Below, in pieces: positions 1 to 13,367 of a DNA stretch of 64,000 nucleotides (position 1 is its first letter; each line of letters starts with the position of its first letter). Source of the stretch: Auanema rhodensis (taxonomy: Eukaryota; Animalia; Nematoda). The translations under genes were made by a program, and so were the position numbers. The notes under the pieces were generated by a model that was given only the letters and a program-made list of their open reading frames with translations, searched no databases and was not told where the DNA came from. The DNA lies in contig OZ059900.1 in NCBI GenBank assembly GCA_964057225.1, forward strand, positions 10,912,001 to 10,976,000. The letters are read 5' to 3'.

Positions 1-520
1 AATTTCATCAATGAGCTTGACCTTTCAGAGGCCTGCTTCTCGCAAATCGAACAACAGCAACTGAAAGAAATAATTTTACTACATAAACAAGCGTTTCTCA
101 ACGAAGATAGAAATATCGGACTCTTCCTAGGACCAATTGAACACTCCATTCCAATCATGCCAGGAAAAGCACCATCATTCAAAATTACTTATCGTATACC
201 ACTCTCCCAACAAGAAGAAGTGGAGAAACAAATAGAAGAAATGCTACAACAAAGAATCATTGAACCATCAAACTCAATGACAACTAGTCCAGTAATTTTG
301 GTGAAGAAGAAAGACAAAACTTACAGATTTGTAACGGACTTTCGAGCTCTGAATGCAATCACCCAGAAACAAGTATACGTCATATCAAACATACAGGACA
401 TCCTAGATTTGGCCGCTGGAGCAAGGATCTTCAGCAACTTTGATTTAGTATCTGGATTTTTCCAAATACCTCTTAAGAAAGAAGATCGTCATCTTACAGC
501 TTTCACAACAACAAGTGGAA
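1..520 (+). mobile_element. Ty3/Gypsy LTR-retrotransposon pol fragment (N-terminal part of reverse transcriptase), truncated
   Basis: The frame is open from base 1 and carries Gypsy RT motifs (YRIPLSQQEEVEKQIEEML, SPVILVKKKDKTYRFVTDFRALN, FSNFDLVSGFFQIPL, TAFTTTSG). Similarity stops abruptly at about 520, before the expected MPFGL and YxDD motifs. Confidence 0.93.
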
Positions 521-1237
521 GTTATTTATTGAATTTTAATAAATTTTCGTATATAGGATTTTGGATAGAGAGAATGATAAATGATATAGGTACTCTTATA
601 AATAAATCAAAATGACTTATGAGAATAACATAATGAATAGAAAACTGAGTTTTTGGATACAATTTTTAATAGAAAAGTTTTAGAGTTTTTAAGAGAAAAT
701 ATTATAAGCTAACTTTTTAGAGAGATAAGATTTTTAATTGAATAAGAGTTGTAGACGGTAGCGCTTGAGTTCTTTTACAAGATCCTGTCCAAAAGAAAGG
801 ATCTCCGGGGAACCTCCACGTTCCATTTAGATTCTCAATGGTTCCAAGTTGAGAGATCCAAACAGACTATGAGAAGATGAGTATGGTTTTAGATATAAGT
901 GTGTAATGTAAGGTGAAATAAGAAACAAGAGATGAAATATATAAAGGTTTATTGTTCGCATTATAATATAATTATACAAAGATTTAAGCTAGAGTTAAGA
1001 AAGAGAATATAAAGAAATGATGATGAGATAAAGAGAAAATAAGATAATGAGATGCCTGAGTCTTGAGGACTCAGGTTTATATATCCATACAACTCCTACT
1101 CAGTTTACACAAAATGTTACAAAGCTTATAAAAAGTGCATCTAGAATATTCTCAGAATTGCTTAAAAACTATCTGCATTAGTTTTATAATAGCAGCTGCC
1201 ATGGTCAGCTGCCTTCCTTCGAGATATGTATGTAACA
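521..1237 (-). mobile_element. LTR-like segment in the orientation opposite to the RT fragment
   Basis: Read on the minus strand it begins TGTTACA (1237), then has TATATAAA (1083-1076), a hairpin CCTGAGTC/GACTCAGG (1055-1075), a pyrimidine-rich tract and AATAAA (953-948). This is the usual U3-R-U5 order. No second LTR or PBS is visible. Confidence 0.6.
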
Positions 1238-2152
1238 GTTTGTTGACGTTATTTATTATTATTCTTACTTAAACAAAAAAACTATTGTGAGAATAAATAA
1301 CGTATTCGAACAAAGTACAAAAATTTTTGAGTCAAATCAGGTAGCTTGGCTTTATTTAGAAAACGATAGTTTTCTGTTTTTAACTCAGTTGGCTTAGAAA
1401 TGGTGTCATTTTTTCTTTGTAAGAGTGTGAGGTCAGGAGTTCCCTTGTCTAAATTTTCTGTTATGATGATTCTTGTGGATGAGATAGGTTTTATATTGGA
1501 TTTTTTGTTTCGCGATCTAAATTTGGAGCGAAAACGAAATACCTTCGCAGAAGCGACGCCGAACACCTTTCCGTTCACACTGATAACTGAAATAAACCAG
1601 TTTGAACCTTTTACTTCACTTTATATCTTAATGTTTCTGATTCAACAAGTTCATAATATATAAAACAGTTCATACTTCTCATAAATATGATTCTGTCTGG
1701 TTTCCACTCAATAGTTATGAACACTCTCTTTTTCTTTCTTGTCATCTAAACATTTTCTTCAACTTTTTCTGTTTAGCCTTAGCCTGAACAAATTTATTAA
1801 ATAAAACAATGAACTTTTTTTGTTTTTTGTATTAATTTTCGTTTGTTTGTGATGTCTACTACATTAAATTTTTCATTAGTTAATTTTTCATTAGATTTTT
1901 TCTTCATTCAAAATATTGTTGAATCATTAATTAGTTGCATCTTACTCTACATAGTTGGTTTATGCTGGATTTTAATAAATGCTGTCTACTTAATAGCTCT
2001 GAGACAAATATTTAAAGATAACTCTTAAATTGCATACCTTATACATGAGCGTTAGCAGACTAATTCTTTGCTTCTCTGGTACTCAACTTGAACGACAATG
2101 TTTTCTTCTGTGCTCTGCATGTCTGCCGCGCCCTCTCTGTATCTCTGTTGTC

Positions 2153-2161
2153 TGACCTTGG
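2153..2161 (-). promoter_or_regulatory. NR5A/FTZ-F1 (NHR-25)-type extended half-site CCAAGGTCA in the nuclear receptor's upstream region
   Basis: Exact match to YCAAGGTCA in a GC-richer patch about 330 bp upstream of the ATG. Single motif; function untested. Confidence 0.3.
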
Positions 2162-2483
2162 TTGTCACGGCGCTGTTGAGATTCTATCAACGTACTCACA
2201 ACTTTTGTTAATCGCAATTAAACTCTTCCTTTCGTTGTAAAAATCAATATGTAGCGATAACTGCTACGAAATTTTCTTGTAAAATTTTAATTTGTTCATA
2301 ATTGTTTTTAATGCTTTTGAGTTATTTATTATCTTTCATTTTCAGTTTATGTTGAATTACTAAATTTTTATGATGTCTTCATTGAGTAATTCCATGAACG
2401 GCCATATCCAAACATCGTTACAATATTGTGTTGGAAAATTAAATAGTGATAGAAAACAACAATTTTCTAGTTCTTATAAAAGA

Positions 2484-4067
2484 ATGGCTCAACGTATGTT
2501 TGCATTGTTACTTTTTTCCCAATATGGTTCTATTGATCTTAATGTTATTATATAGGTCGAAAAGTACCAGAAGGGGAATTGTGCGCTGTTTGCTCTGATT
2601 TAGCTACTGGTTATCACTATGGGGTAGCCAGTTGCAATGGATGGTTTTTTTTAATTTCTTTAATCTTTTTCAATATATTAATTTCAGTAAAACTTTTTTT
2701 CGTAGAACTATTGTGAGCGAACAAACATTTATTTGTCAATATAATGGAAACTGCGATGTTAATAAAAGTAATTTTTTGAATAAAACTCGAACTAAATTTT
2801 GTTTTAGACATCAGGTGTGCCTGCCGGCATTGTCGATTTAATAAATGTTTACAAGTTGGAATGGACGCAAAAGGTTTATAATTAATATTTATGAATAAAT
2901 TTTATTTTAATGAATGTTCAGCTATACAGAACGATCGTGATCGAATTGGACCAACTAAAAAAATAAAAGTTGGAAGTGGTTCAGATGAAGATCGCTCCGT
3001 TACTCCACAAAGGCTACTTGATCAAGTTTGCAAAGATCTAAAATGAATAGTGTGATTGACCGCTTTTAGGAAATTGTTGAGAATCTCAGTCATTTGGAAG
3101 GGTTATGTCAAGAGTTAAGAAGATGCGTTATGCCAGATGTGGCTGGAGTTCAGCATGCCTTAACTTCTCCTTGCCTGCTTTTTGACACAATGGATTTAAA
3201 ACAAGACGTACGAAAATATATTATGATGAGAAAATAATCTTAACTAATTGCAGCCAACCACATTTTTTAAAGAACTTTATCCCGCTTCAATGAATGATAT
3301 AAGAATTTGGAATATTCGGGAAATGCGAATATGCATTGAATGGGCAAAAACATTTGATGCATATCAACGATTAAGTCATTACGACCAAGTAGTTTTAATA
3401 ACATATATTTTTAAATAGTTAATATTTAGTTTGCTCTTGTACGCAATTTTGCATTTGCTTTCAACCTTCTGAATCGTGTTTTTTATTCGCCTGATCATGG
3501 TCCTGATAAGATTGTGTTTCAAAATGGTGCTTTTATAATGCGCCAACCTCAACAGCAAGTTGGATTAACACTTTTTTAATTTTGTTGATGTTATTTATTT
3601 AGGTTCAACTATCTGGTTGTCGACCGATATATACAAGACAGATGGATGAAATAATGCTACCATTCAGAAGATTACAATTAAATGTTTCTGAATTTGCTAC
3701 ATTCAAAGCAGCACTTTTTTTTAACCCTGGTTTGTTTTCTAATAGAAAACCAATAATAGTTTTGTCTTTAGATGCTATTGATCTTTCGAATCAAGCAAAG
3801 CCTGAAGTTTATGATGAGAGAAATAAGTACTTGAGTGCTTTATTTTCTTGCATTACAACCAAACTTGGTTCAACTGCTGGGGTGCAGAAATATGGAAGTT
3901 TACTGATGATGACAGCTAGCATTCAAGTAATCAAGCAATTTGTTTCTTTTTATGTTTTTTTTTAGAATATTCTAGCGCAAAATGAAGAAAATATGCAGGT
4001 TATGGAATTGTTCAAGAATTGGGAAGTTGATCCATTTGTGAAAGAATTATGTATGAAAAGAAGTTGA
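2484..4067 (+). CDS. nhr-40: Nuclear hormone receptor, HNF4-derived nematode family (11 exons), NHR-40-like
   Basis: Spliced protein [39 protein letters not shown]...CRHCRFNKCLQVGM...QNDRDRIG has a C4 zinc finger with P-box CNGCKT and a complete ligand-binding domain ending WEVDPFVKELCMKRS*. The symbol is from recalled similarity to C. elegans NHR-40. Alternative upstream first exons are possible. Confidence 0.85.
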
Positions 4068-4866
4068 CAAAAAGGTTGTTAGAACTGTCTTACATCTATT
4101 GTATATAATTGTATAAAGCTCCAAATAGTGTTCAATTAGACAAACTGATACAATGTCAAACTTCTAAGTGCTTGATCTTTTCATTCTCAGCATACTATAT
4201 TTTATTATTTAACCATCATAATAAACTATTGTTAAAACAGTGGCTGTTTTTCTAAGAACTAGTCATTCCTCTTCCTTATTTCTATATGTTCATTGGTAAT
4301 TTGATTTTTTCATTTTTTATGATCTTCATCAACAGTTGCCATTATATTTCATATGAAATTATTTTCTCAAACGTCTATGAAAACCTCAAAACTTGTAGTT
4401 GAGCAAATTATCTTATAAATAAACTATTTCTAATCTATACTACTCATATATAAGAGAATATAAATAAAGTTTTAAACAACAACGAGGCATTCAAATCGAA
4501 AATATTTTCAATTCTGAGTAACAATAAAGATTTTTGAAATTGGTATTTTTTAACAAAATTATTGTTCAGTCAATATAAATGTATAAATGAATTTAAATGA
4601 ACCTATAACTTAAATCCATACTAAATGCCTTGAAAGACGCGAATCATTTAGGACGCTCAAATAAAGCGTGCCCCATTGCGAATAAAAATGAGCGCTAGAT
4701 TATCTTGGCCAAATTGTAATCAAAATAAAGTTAGTTGTTGACTCTATTATTCTATTATTCAGTCAGACTATAAAGATTTTAATTAAATTTTGAATTATTC
4801 TACGAACTTTTTTTATTTGTTTTATTTTTTATGAATATATAACACGAAATATTTGCTGTCAAAAAG

Positions 4867-4875
4867 GTCACGTGA
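4867..4875 (+). promoter_or_regulatory. CLEAR-type E-box (GTCACGTGA), candidate HLH-30/TFEB site in the atg-2 promoter
   Basis: TCACGTGA lies about 110 bp upstream of the ATG of an autophagy gene, with a second E-box CACATG about 25 bp downstream. Confidence 0.55.
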
Positions 4876-4983
4876 GCATCTTTGTCAATTCTATCACATG
4901 GTTTTTGAACTTATTGGCTGTTTTCATAGACACGTCACACAACTTTTAGATTTTTATCACAATATTTATAATAACATTACAGA

Positions 4984-7900
4984 ATGAGTTTTTTTGAATT
5001 GAATATAACTCAAAGCATACAAAAAGGATGGGCCAGATATATTATCCACAGGTTTCGACTTTATTGTTTTTAATCTTAAAGAAAACAAATATTTCTTTCA
5101 GATACTTGGGGCAATATCTTCAGCAAAATTTATCACTTGACCAGATGGATTTAACATCCAGCTCTGTTAAACTGTCAACCCTTAACTTAAATGTAGAATA
5201 TGTGAACGAAAAATTAAGAGGAATGAATATTCCTTTAACGTTGGTTGATGGATATATTGGCGAAATTGTTTTAGGTTATCTTTATTGGGTTATCAATTAT
5301 ATCACACCACGTTTTCTAAGATATACCATGGACTTCATTATCTTCACAGTCCAGTAAGCTGAAAGTATCTGATCTAGAGCTAACATTTCAAGCAAGTGAA
5401 GATTTTGCAAAGGACGAGCTGTGTATTGAAAATAAATTTGCATTTTATAATTTATTTGTGTTCATTGCAGTATCATCAATGTTTGAAGGCATGGCAGATA
5501 GCATGGTGACGCCTGAGGATATAGCAAAGGACTACTATGAAAGCTCTGACACCGATGTTGATGTGAACGGTATTAACAATTTTAAAAAAGTAATTTACGT
5601 TAAAAGATGTGATCTGAAAAGTTAAACATTGAAGGTTATTGATACTATAGTTTCTCGTTTTTGCATGGACGTTGAGAACATTACTATTCGATTAGAAGTC
5701 CAATCTAAAGCTGGTCTGTATCTCACAACCGCTATTGAGTTAAGAATTGCAAAGTACAATTTATCATTTTTTGACACTAAATGTTTCTTAAATTAATTTC
5801 AGAGCCCAATTCATGGATGAACAGTTGAAAAACATGGAAAAAGACACAGATACAACGCACATCACGAACGATTTAGTGAATGCTGTTAAGTGCGTGCAGT
5901 TCACAGGTTTACAAGCATATATATACATAGATTACTTAATTTGTGTTTTAGACATTGAGGTATTTACTGATTTCTTCTACGAATTAGAAGGCGAGCATGA
6001 AGAAAAAAATCTAAAAAGAGAGAAACAAAAACAAAGTTCTATACTTACTGACTCCAACTTCACTTCATGCTATGCTTCTGGTAAGTTTGACGAATTAAAA
6101 TTTTTAAATGATTTTATTTTAGTTAGTGAGATGCCAAAAAATATGGAAAAGAATGAGGCTATTAGGTATTTCACTTTCACTTAAAATAGACTACTGTTCG
6201 AAATGATTTTTTCCTAGTATTTCCTCGCAGCCTGTAAAAATTTTACGCATTCCGCGCACTACGGAGGTTTTCCTCCGTTTTCAGAGTTCGTCTAGTCAGG
6301 TATATTTAGTTAGAGATGAGATCAATGACTAGTTGGTGAAATTAAGATTAAAGTTAACATAAATTGCACGACAGTACAAATGTTCTGTGTTCCATCTCAG
6401 ATTGAGATAATCAAGAGGTTGAGTTATTGTATTTTTGAATTATTCGTCTACTTACCTATTTTTAAGCGTTTTTCATTCGTGGATGTTTAGTAAAAATAAG
6501 CAAAACTACTCTGACACCTCGCAGCGCCGAATCGAGGACAATGAATATGAAAAAGTTGTGGGCACATTAGAACAACTAGACACAGACATGTCTCAAGCCA
6601 GAGGTATTTTTAAATTAAATAAAGTTTGCTTTTCTAAATACTAAGAAGGACTCTGGCGAGAAAAAGAAGTTTTCCAACCATTCACTGAGATTCATCTAGA
6701 AACTTCAGACAGCTTTACCGAAAATAACTACTCAGAGCGAGAAAACATCAGTGATTCACGTATAATGTTTTTTAAAACTATGCTTCATGAAAGTTTGCAG
6801 ATAAAGTTGACAGTTCTAGTGATACAAGCGTTCAAATTGACATTGGTTCGCTTGTATGTTGTTTTCCACTTGAAGACCCTTTACATGCTCTAAACCCCGC
6901 AACAGCTGATAATAGTATTAAGATTCTAATGGAAATTGCTGAAGAGTATTTGCTTTCACTTCAATTTTAAATAATTTTTTTTAAACAGATTTTTTCAACA
7001 AATAAATGAAATTCACAAAGATGAAAAAACTCCTTTGCAATTTGAACACATCAAGTAAGTTTTCTCAAAAGTTATTTGCTTTATCATTGCTTTTAGATGT
7101 ATCACTGCTTTGAGATTTTTTTATGATACTAAACGGAATGAAAAATTCTCTCAAGAAAAGATAAAAGTGGTAATGAATGACGTTGCCACTACTGAATACA
7201 TTAAAAAAGATGGGATTATTTCTCCAATAGATATTATTCGATTCACTCGTTCTGAAGGAAATTCTCGTCCAGACATTGAAATTCGATATTCTTCAGTTAT
7301 GAAAGGAGAAGTACAAAACTTGACAAGTGAATGCGCACATTTTTAGTTTTCAGCAATTGTGCGAAATAACTTTAAATGATTTGAGAACAAACCTGGACAT
7401 AACCATTTTAAACCGACTGAAAGATTTTGTGTACCCTACCACGGTCTTCAATGCGGCTAATAAGGTTAATGTATATCGTAGTCGAAGTTTTAATAAGTTA
7501 GTTGCCTGGTTTTCACAATTTAATCAACAATTTGTTTAAGCATGAGTGCATTTCCACTGAGACTTGAAGAAGAAACAGTTCACAGTAATTTGAGAGTTTT
7601 GATATCTTGTGAAAACATGATTATGGATTTGAAGTGAGTTTTCGTTTTTTTTCAAATAATGAATATACTGTTGAAGAGTCCCCAAAGCTGATTTAAGTTC
7701 AAAAAAGGTTACTAACTCTATGATACACGATGAATATCTGAAATTGGATATAAACGGTTTACAAATAGATATAGGATCTAATGAAAATGAAATCGAAATA
7801 AGCACAACATTTAATTCTTTCAAAGGTATAGTTAAACGAGTTTTTTCAATAATATTGTAATTAGGCGACTTCATTTACAAGATTGAATCAGGAAAAATAA

Positions 7901-10900
7901 AACAATCGCGTTTATTTCATTGCTTGAGAGATGAAAATCCCATAAGGTTTTTTTTAAACTATTTTTGAATTTATCATTGAAATTAGATTAAATTTTACTA
8001 ATACTGTACAATTACTAAATGGATCTGGATTTTGGAATGATGTTAATGATTTGAGTCATAGTTTGTCAAGAACATTGCTAACTAATCATGAAAAAAGAGA
8101 AGGCCCTTTTTCTCCAATTCGAAAAGTGTTTACCCATTCGGAAAGAAACTCAAGTGAAAATAGGTTGGCACAACAAGATGTAAGTGATATTAAAATATTT
8201 TGTTTTATATTTTTATGTTTTTACTTTTAGATTGTTCAAGCAGGAAATATTGATGATCTAAACAAATTTCGAAGAGACACTACATCAAATTCTGTTTATA
8301 ATATTCAGTTGAAAATTCCACAGCTTCGTGTTTGTGTGGAAAGCTCGTACGAGCTCGAGCTTCTTTACAATAGATTTGTTTGTAAAAATAGGTTTTGGTT
8401 GTTTCAATTGTTCATTGCAGACGAGTGATCTAGTTCTATGGGAACCAGATTTTGCGGCTAGACGAACATCCTCCGAAGTTCATGTTAACGCATTCCCAGA
8501 AGAGTTTCAGGCTTTCACAGATAAAAGTTAGCGCTTTTAAAAAAAACTCAACCATTTTTAATTTTTTAGGCAATTTGGAAAATGTTGGAGAGTTTGATAG
8601 AGATAAAGAGAAAAGTTCAATTAAACCACATAAGCTAAGCTTTGATCTTGATATTCATAAAGTCGATTTGCTACTTCTAAATGAAGAGAATGAGGTTTTT
8701 TGTTTTGTTCTTTGTATTTAATGTACTGTTTAAGGAAGCCATCGAAAGTTCCATAAAGCATCTAGCATTCCGAGGATCAAACGTATCATTTTTTGCTGTA
8801 ATTGGCTATAATGGCGATTTTAACACATCTTATTTTTACTTAACAACAAAACGCTTCTTTCTCTCGGGTATGGATCAATTTTTGTTGCTCTTGCGAATTA
8901 ATTTTTTTGAATATTTTTCAGATTTAAATAGCAGTAATAAAGAAGCATTAGATTTAATGTCTTCAAGTTTTGGAATCAAAAACGAGTCAGTTGTTAATCT
9001 CTACAATTTTACAAAAGCATATTTGTCTTAGGAAAACGTGCGCTATCAGAACTCATGATGATCCTGCAGTAAATGATAATTCTATTTCGTTTGCAGCAAA
9101 AGTTCTTTTTGAACCGGAAATAAATTTGAAGGTGACTTATAAATACGATAAGCTCAATAGCATTTACTCAAAACTATTTCAGGATATGTTGTTTGCTTTG
9201 AATGTTAAAAATGTTCTTGTCACAATCAGTCCTGATGTATTAGATGTATGGCTCGTTCAATTTGTTCAATATCTGTCTCTGAAGACGTATGATGTTCCGG
9301 GTTATGAGTTTCCACAATCTACAGTAAGATTTCATAAGTATATGCTTAACAGAATAGTTTTTTTCAGACTGATCTACATTTATCTTTTGAAAACGTATCT
9401 ATTGCTTATGATCATTATCGTTTCTTTCCAGAAAGTATATATGGGTTGAGGTGAAGCAAAAGTTTTAGTTAAATTCATTCATATTTTTTTAAGCTTAAAT
9501 TTTGGATTTCTATATATGAGTGCCACGTTCAGCGAAGGTTTAACTTTTGTAAAGGTTTAGTATTGTTTGTAGTTATATTTTTACCATATATTTTTATTAT
9601 AGTACAATTTCATTGTTGAAGACACTTCACTAACTTTGAACAAGTTGTCGTTAGAAGTAGAAAATGGAGATAGAAGAAAAGATGAACAACCTTTTGATAA
9701 CATGACTAGGATTAAAGCTTGTGAGTTGGATCTATTTCATATTGAGGTAATTTATAATTAACGAAATTTTAAAGCGTAACATATTTTCAGATATATTACT
9801 GCTTATTAAATATGGATGAAGTAGAAAAATCTCGTTCAACGTTGCTGGACGTCTCCTGTACAAATGATGTTATTACAGTATATAAATTGCACTTTACACT
9901 CTATCAGAAAAAAATATCTTTAGGCTTCTATGTGTGCTGATACGCTAGTAGCACTTTTGAGTATAGCCGATGACGTTTCTAGTGACTTGCATTTATTATC
10001 AACACCAACAGATAATAATTTAGCAACTGGCAATATAACAGAAAAGAAAACTTATTCTGTTCCCGCAGGAAAAAATGAAAGTGAACAGTCTTTGTTAAAT
10101 ACTCACAATGTTTCTGATGTGAGTCCTTTAACCTCGAGCATGTAAAATGGTTCTTTTAAGCGAATCACTAAAGCTATTGTTGAGCAGCCATCTAATAGTC
10201 GTAAAGCTGAAAAAGAATTTGATTTCTCAACAATGTGCGACATATATCCACATCAGGTAAGCCAGTACATAAAAAACAAAACTGATTCGAATATCAAGGC
10301 TCTCGACCCATATGCCGATAGAGAAGCGTATGCTGTTAAGACCGATGATGAGTTTTGTGTTATTGACGAAGGCGTAATTGGCTCAGGTGTTTTGGTATGT
10401 AATATTATACGGTAATTACAAAATGAGATGAAATGATAGATCGAAAATACTGGTTACACGATTCGCCAACTAGATACCTCTAGAAAAATAACAGTGGATC
10501 CATGTTTTTTGAAAAAACCTATGGCGAAAAATGAAGCTTCTTGTGGTATAAAGGATTCTGAGGAAAATCCGTTTATCAGGTTTATTATATTAAACAAATC
10601 TATATTTTATATTAAATTTTAAAGGTTCTGTTTGAATAACATCAGTGTACAATTCAATTTCTATGGAGGATGTGATTTAAGTTAGGAGTAACAGACCGAT
10701 TGATTCCATAATTAGATGTTATAGAAAAAACTGATCAGAAGTTACCTTATAGTGGACTACACAAAGAAAAATGCGATTCTTCGGAAGAGATAAAAAATCG
10801 GAGTTTACGTGGACTAAGTCGAGATGAAACTGTAGCGATTAAAATAGATTTGAAAAAGGTTACCTTAGGTTTTAATCTCTCTATTTATTAATATTTTGAA

Positions 10901-12847
10901 GATCACATTTTCATGCAACATATATCATGAATCAAGCAAAATTGCAACAACAAAATTCTTTGCAATAAATGACATCGTCATCACAGATAAACTTGCTATT
11001 AGTCATATTAAAGAAATATTATATCAGGTAATAAATAAACTATGCACTAATACAACTTTTGTTTTCAGTACTCTAAAATAAATTGTCCAAAGAGAACTTG
11101 TGCTCCGTTTTTAGCTGTTCGAATTTTGGAAACATCTGAAAAAGAAGGAAAAATAAGAGTAGATTGCATTGTTTTCTCTACTGTCAAATCAAATCATTTT
11201 TAGGTGTCTATGTTACCCTTAAAATTGAATATCGATCAGGATACTATGCTTTTTGTAGAAGATTTTATTCAGGAAGTTATTCATAATTCGTACTCGTTTT
11301 TTAATAAAGGTCTGTTTTCCAGTTCAGTGTTTGATTATAATATCAGCTTATTTAGATTCGACAATTGGTTCAACGTACATTCCTGAGTTTGCAGAAAAAG
11401 CAAATTTACTATTGAATAGCTCTGTACTTATGCCAGGAGGCAAGTCAAAATGTGTTGAATTTTACACAATAATAGTTCAGAGTCAAACGATATGGTGGAG
11501 GGCATGAGTTTGCAGCCTACCACTATACCTGAAGCGCATCAGGAATTACTGGTAAATTTAACAACAGATATGAGTACCACTTCTTCAGAACCAGAAAATC
11601 CAGTTGAATACGTAATTTCTAACCAAATTAGTTTTTAAATAATTTCAAGTATATTAGTTACCACCTAATAGTTCCACGGGACAATCCGAAACTAATATAT
11701 TGAACTCAAACGCAGATGTATATTATAGGTTGAATATTCTTCGTCTTATATTAGAAATTAATATTTTTCAGAGACTTTACTTTTTTCCCATCAGTCTCTG
11801 TGTTTATTGACTATCATGGCAAAAATAAAATGAATTTAGATCGTGGTGGTGCAATGATCGGTAAAGATTGTTAATTTTTCTTAATTATTTGTTTTATTTT
11901 AGGTATTTTACGAGGGTTCGCACAACTGAATGGTACAGAAATTATTTTAAAAGAGTTGAGCTGTAAAAATGGTCTTCTTGGTGTTTCTCGATGCATTGAT
12001 GCATGTATTAATATAACAGCTCTTTACAATTTTTGAATTTTAGTATGCCCTTAATGAATGGAGCAATGATTTGGTTACTAGTTTGCCTACCGTTCTTGCG
12101 AGTTATGGCCCTATAAGTCCGATTGTGCAAATTGGTTGTTTGAATAACGAAAAAGATATATAAATTCTAATAATAGGGCGAGGATTTATGGATCTTTTCT
12201 GGATGCCTATTGCCGAGTTTAAAAAGCCTGACGGACATATAGTCAAGGGAATACAAAAAGGTGTAGGATCATTTAGTATGTCTTCCGCTGCTGGAATAGT
12301 TGGAATTGCTCAATCACTCGTTGGAGCTGTTCAGGTATATTGAGAACACTTCACTTCACAATGTTTTTTTTAGCTTGTCGGAGAAGCAGTATTAAACGAA
12401 GTTCAGTTAGATGAACCATATTTAAATAAAAGAAATCGGAATCGTGTAAGCATAACAAGTTCGTCGCCCACAGATTTTCCTCAAGGCTTACAGATGGCTT
12501 ACAAACTGATGGCCGAAGTTTGTTTACCCAACTGTTCCCCTAGTTCATAGACAAAGTTTAAGGGAGTGCGACAAACTAAAGAGGATTACCATTTAACAGC
12601 CCAAGAAGACAGAGCTTCCGGATTAACTTCTATAAAAACATTAGTTCGATTTGCTCCTCCCGCAATTTTGCGTCCTTTAGTTATTGGGTTCCAGATTAGT
12701 TTTCATCTCCTAGGAGGTATAATATGAGTAGTTCGAATTTCGTAAAAAAAAAGTTCAGGAATTCGTAATCAGCTACGTCCTGATATCTACAAAGATGAAT
12801 GTTTGAAATGGGAAAATACGGATCTACCAACAGATCAAAATGATTGA
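4984..12847 (+). CDS. atg-2: Autophagy-related lipid transfer protein ATG2 (roughly 45-50 short introns)
   Basis: Chorein-N start (RYIIHRYLGQYLQQNLSLDQM...DGYIGEIVLDIPW), ATG2 middle motifs (VSMLPLKLNIDQDTMLFVEDF; FTFFPSVSVFIDYHGK) and an ATG_C end (GRGFMDLFWMPI...IVKGIQKGVGSF...LGGIRNQLRPD...KW). Confidence 0.93.
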
Positions 12848-13367
12848 AATATTTCTTTTTGAGTTTTATTGTACTTAATGTATGTAATTTTGTATATAAT
12901 GTTGTTTTTCGATCTGAAAATGAGAAGTGAATAAAAAATCGTTTCTTAGCAAGTATACAATTTTATTATAACGATTTCTTTCCGTGTCGGTGTCGTTTAT
13001 ATCATTCAGGCCCTCTATTAAGTCATAAACTTTTATGACCAATCGCATTTAAGAATTGCAATATCAACAGGTAGATAGAGAGATATGAGAAACTAGAGAA
13101 AAAAATAATAGAAATGAAGAGAGAATTGAGAGGAAGCTGCCGGTGAGAGAGAAAACGTCAAACACAAAGTTTGTGATATAAATATAGATAGTATGTAGAT
13201 GGAAAGCGAGAGATCATACTAAAGTTTGTGTTCGAGAGAGAACACAGATGAACAAAATAAAGAAAAGAAGACAGCAAAGCAATTAATGAATGGATAAGAC
13301 CAAGAAAGCATTTGGTCAGGTGAAATCGTAATAATATTTCTCTAGTTTCTACTTTACCTCACTTTAA

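Noticed and set aside
1141-1160. Heat-shock-element-like GAA/TTC array in the LTR
   Set aside because: The spacing is imperfect and only two units are properly phased.
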